DNA of 63,957 nucleotides, the filler included, from Planctomycetota bacterium (GTDB lineage: Bacteria; Planctomycetota; Planctomycetia; JALXBF01): the NCBI GenBank assembly GCA_026991575.1. It is 7 parts of 7 records of this genome, joined end to end, with 100 filler letters (N's around TTAATTAATTAA, not from the genome) between each part and the next. Parts side by side here need not be neighbours in the genome. Positions count along the whole stretch, not along the records: positions 60,395 to 63,957 come from JALXBF010000165.1; 6 more parts are not named here. The stretch is one strand, 5' to 3'. The notes beneath the pieces were generated by a model, which worked only from the letters and a program-made list of their open reading frames with translations, searched no databases and was not told the DNA's origin. The translations under genes were made by a program, and so were the position numbers. Shown in pieces: positions 62,104 through 63,957 of the stretch. Positions within the stretch are counted from its first letter, which is position 1; each line of letters starts with the position of its first letter.

Positions 62104-63545
62104 TTAGCGGAACGTGGCGAAGACCTGGAAGCGGCGCTCCCCGACCACGTTGGTAAAGAATGGGCTGATACCGATACGTACATAGCGGCGGTCGTGAGAG
62201 ACAACGGCGCTGACGGCCATGCCGGCACCGTCGAAGACGGGGGCAGGGATCGGTTGGTAAGCAATCGCGCTGCCGAGCGCGACCTGGTACAGGTGTCGGG
62301 CCCCGCGGTAGCGGCCGCCGTATCGCTTCAGGAAGCGGTCTAGTTTGGCCAGAGGCATGACCAGGTGCGTGGCCCACCGGCCAGTGTGCGGGTCCATTTC
62401 CAACTGAATGTGCGGAACGTTTGCCAGCTCCGAGCGGCGGCCGCGCGGCAGCTTCACAAGCACAGGTTCTTGCTGGTCCACGATGGCATAGTGCACTTCC
62501 GTCTGCTCCGCCTCGGTGCCCTGCCAGCGGGTTACCTCGATCCGCACGCGATTGCCGAGCACATTGCCCCAGACTTTCTTGCAGAAGACCTGGTACACAC
62601 CCGGGAACGCTCTCGGGCAGATGTAGATTTCCTCGGGGCGCTGCCCCATGCCGTCCTGAACCAGGACGCCGCCGGCAGCCGTGCGACGGTTTCGTATCGA
62701 GCACTCCGTGCCGATCGGTTCCAGCACCCGGACGTCGACGTCGGCCTCGCCCTGCCAGGTCACGCGGATGACCAGGTCTCGCTGGTCAGCCTCACGCACA
62801 GCCATTCGCAGCTGAGTGGCACGTTCCAGGTCGCCGTTGCGTTCGAGCTTGCGCACCATTTCCTCCACGGCCGCGTATGCCAGCCGGTGGAGCCGGAAGT
62901 GATCTTCGCGCCACGCGCGGCTAAGCAGATTGGTGGCTGCCCACTCCAAGGCATCCGGATCGTCCAATTGCAATGCCAACACGAGAGCTTTCTCGTACGG
63001 CTGGGCGACGTCGGGCGCGAGGGCCGCAGCGCGGCGCAACAGGTTCAGGGCGGCCCGATGGTGTCCGAACTTGGCCAGTTGCTCGGCTACACGGTAGAGC
63101 GACAGCGGTGAGTCGGAAATCGAGTCCGCCGCGCTCAAGAGCGCCTCCTCCACCTCACGGTCCGGATGTCCTGCTAGCCGCAGGACCATGGCCAGGGCCT
63201 CGTACATCCACGGCTTGGCCTTACCCTCACGGATGGCCGTGCGAAGTAGCTCTACCGCATGCCCGTACGCTTTGTGCCGCACGAGCGTCTGGAGCAGGAT
63301 GCGGACCGTGCTTTCGGTGATCCGGTTGCCGTGTCGCTGGAAGAAGCGCGGCCAGAACGTGCGCGGGTCGCTGCGGAGCATTGCCTCGATGGCCGCCTTG
63401 CGTCGCTCGGCAGACACTTTGCGCGGCGATCCCGGCCGAGCGGGCTCGGCCGGGCCAGACGACTTGGGCTGCTTGGGCGCTTGGGCATCCTGCCGCCGGG
63501 GTCGATCCTGCGCCCCCTGGTCTCGGGGACCGACCCCGGCTGCTA
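62104..63545 (-). CDS. TPR-like plus YfaP/DUF2135-like domain with secretin-like beta-hairpin; probably the -1-frame C-terminal part of the upstream gene
   Basis: KPWMYEAL, DLVIRVTWQGEADVDV...EP.GT.CS and YQPI...SAVVSHDRRYVRI motifs; frame stays open to about 63738 with no ATG/GTG upstream of the GTG at 63417, which has no clear RBS. Confidence 0.8.
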
Positions 63546-63552
63546 AGGGTTT
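63475..63552 (-). promoter_or_regulatory. Candidate programmed -1 ribosomal frameshift signal (slippery heptamer plus pseudoknot)
   Basis: A_AAC_CCU (63552-63546) then UAG; stem GCCGGGGUCGGUCC/GGAUCGACCCCGGC (63540-63527/63508-63495); loop GGGCGC (63515-63510) complementary to GCGCCC (63480-63475). Confidence 0.7.
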
Positions 63553-63956
63553 ACGTTGGCCAGCGTGCGCACTCGTTCGCCAGAGCCGCGTGCGTCGCTG
63601 CGCAGGCCATCCAGCGTCTCTTTCACCTTGCTGTGACCTTCCTCGCTCTGGCGGATGATCAGGGCTGGAGGATTCGGGTAGTACCGGATGGTCCCTTTCC
63701 CCCCGTTCTTTTCCCAGCTTTCCGGCTCAACGACCTCCTCAATCAACTCGATCAGCTCGTCGCTCAGGTCGTCGCCCTGAGCTGCTCCCGGGGCGGCCGG
63801 GCCGGCACCGGTTGGCGCACCGCCGGCCGGCATGTTCCGGAAGCCAAAGCCACCCAGACCGCCAAAACCACCACCAAGGCCGCCCAGACCACCAAAGCCG
63901 CCGCCAAGACCACCGAGCCCGCCCAGGCCACCAAAGCCGCCGCCAAAACCACCACC
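63543..63956 (-). CDS. C-terminal (zero-frame) part of a large planctomycete protein: Gly/Phe-rich linker plus secretin N-domain (NolW-like) segment; 5' truncated by window
   Basis: GGGFGGGFGGLGG repeats, then LIELIEEVVEPESWEKNGGKGTIRYY...LIIRQSEEGHSKV..TLDGLR. Confidence 0.8.
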   Translation of the reverse strand, partial: GGGFGGGFGGLGGLGGLGGGFGGLGGLGGGFGGLGGFGFRNMPAGGAPTGAGPAAPGAAQGDDLSDELIELIEEVVEPESWEKNGGKGTIRYYPNPPALIIRQSEEGHSKVKETLDGLRSDARGSGERVRTLANVNP

Positions 63957-63957
63957 C

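Noticed and set aside
63543..63548. +1 frameshift at CCU-UAG or UAG readthrough (pyrrolysine)
   Set aside because: The downstream coding region is in the -1 frame, so neither +1 slippage nor readthrough would reach it

Overview
High-GC Planctomycetota DNA. The 16S rRNA gene carries exact Pla46 and EUB338-II target sites, and DUF1501, TIGR03009-like and sulfatase genes are present. The window is seven contigs joined by artificial 100-nt N/TTAATTAATTAA linkers (contigs 1-22681, 22782-44887, 44988-46652, 46753-52715, 52816-58607, 58708-60294, 60395-63957), so neighbourhoods cannot be read across linkers. Most genes are housekeeping or carbohydrate-related: pfkA, PII, gmd/rmd/rmlB, gyrA, glgC, thiO, rpiB, ubiX, menG, secreted PHP hydrolases, sulfatases and a GH140-like protein. 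There is also a stand-alone 16S rRNA unit and two Rhs toxin/immunity fragments. The two strongest hidden signals are translational recoding events that the ORF track misses. (1) A candidate programmed -1 frameshift at about 63546-63552: an A_AAC_CCU heptamer directly before a UAG, then a 5-nt spacer and a 14-bp stem that can form an H-type pseudoknot. It would join a secretin-N-like/Gly-rich ORF to a TPR-containing ORF. (2) An exported thioredoxin/PDZ protein with a CxxCH motif, two in-frame UGA codons (U-V-P-U-L-A-C) and SECIS-like hairpins. Also notable: an unannotated 29-aa Arg/Lys-rich ORF with a strong RBS, an atypical PII directly upstream of pfkA, and a family of multi-hairpin REP/REPIN-like repeats next to a 5'-truncated Rhs gene and near an Rpn nuclease gene. 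All family calls come from motif recognition by eye; no database searches were run.
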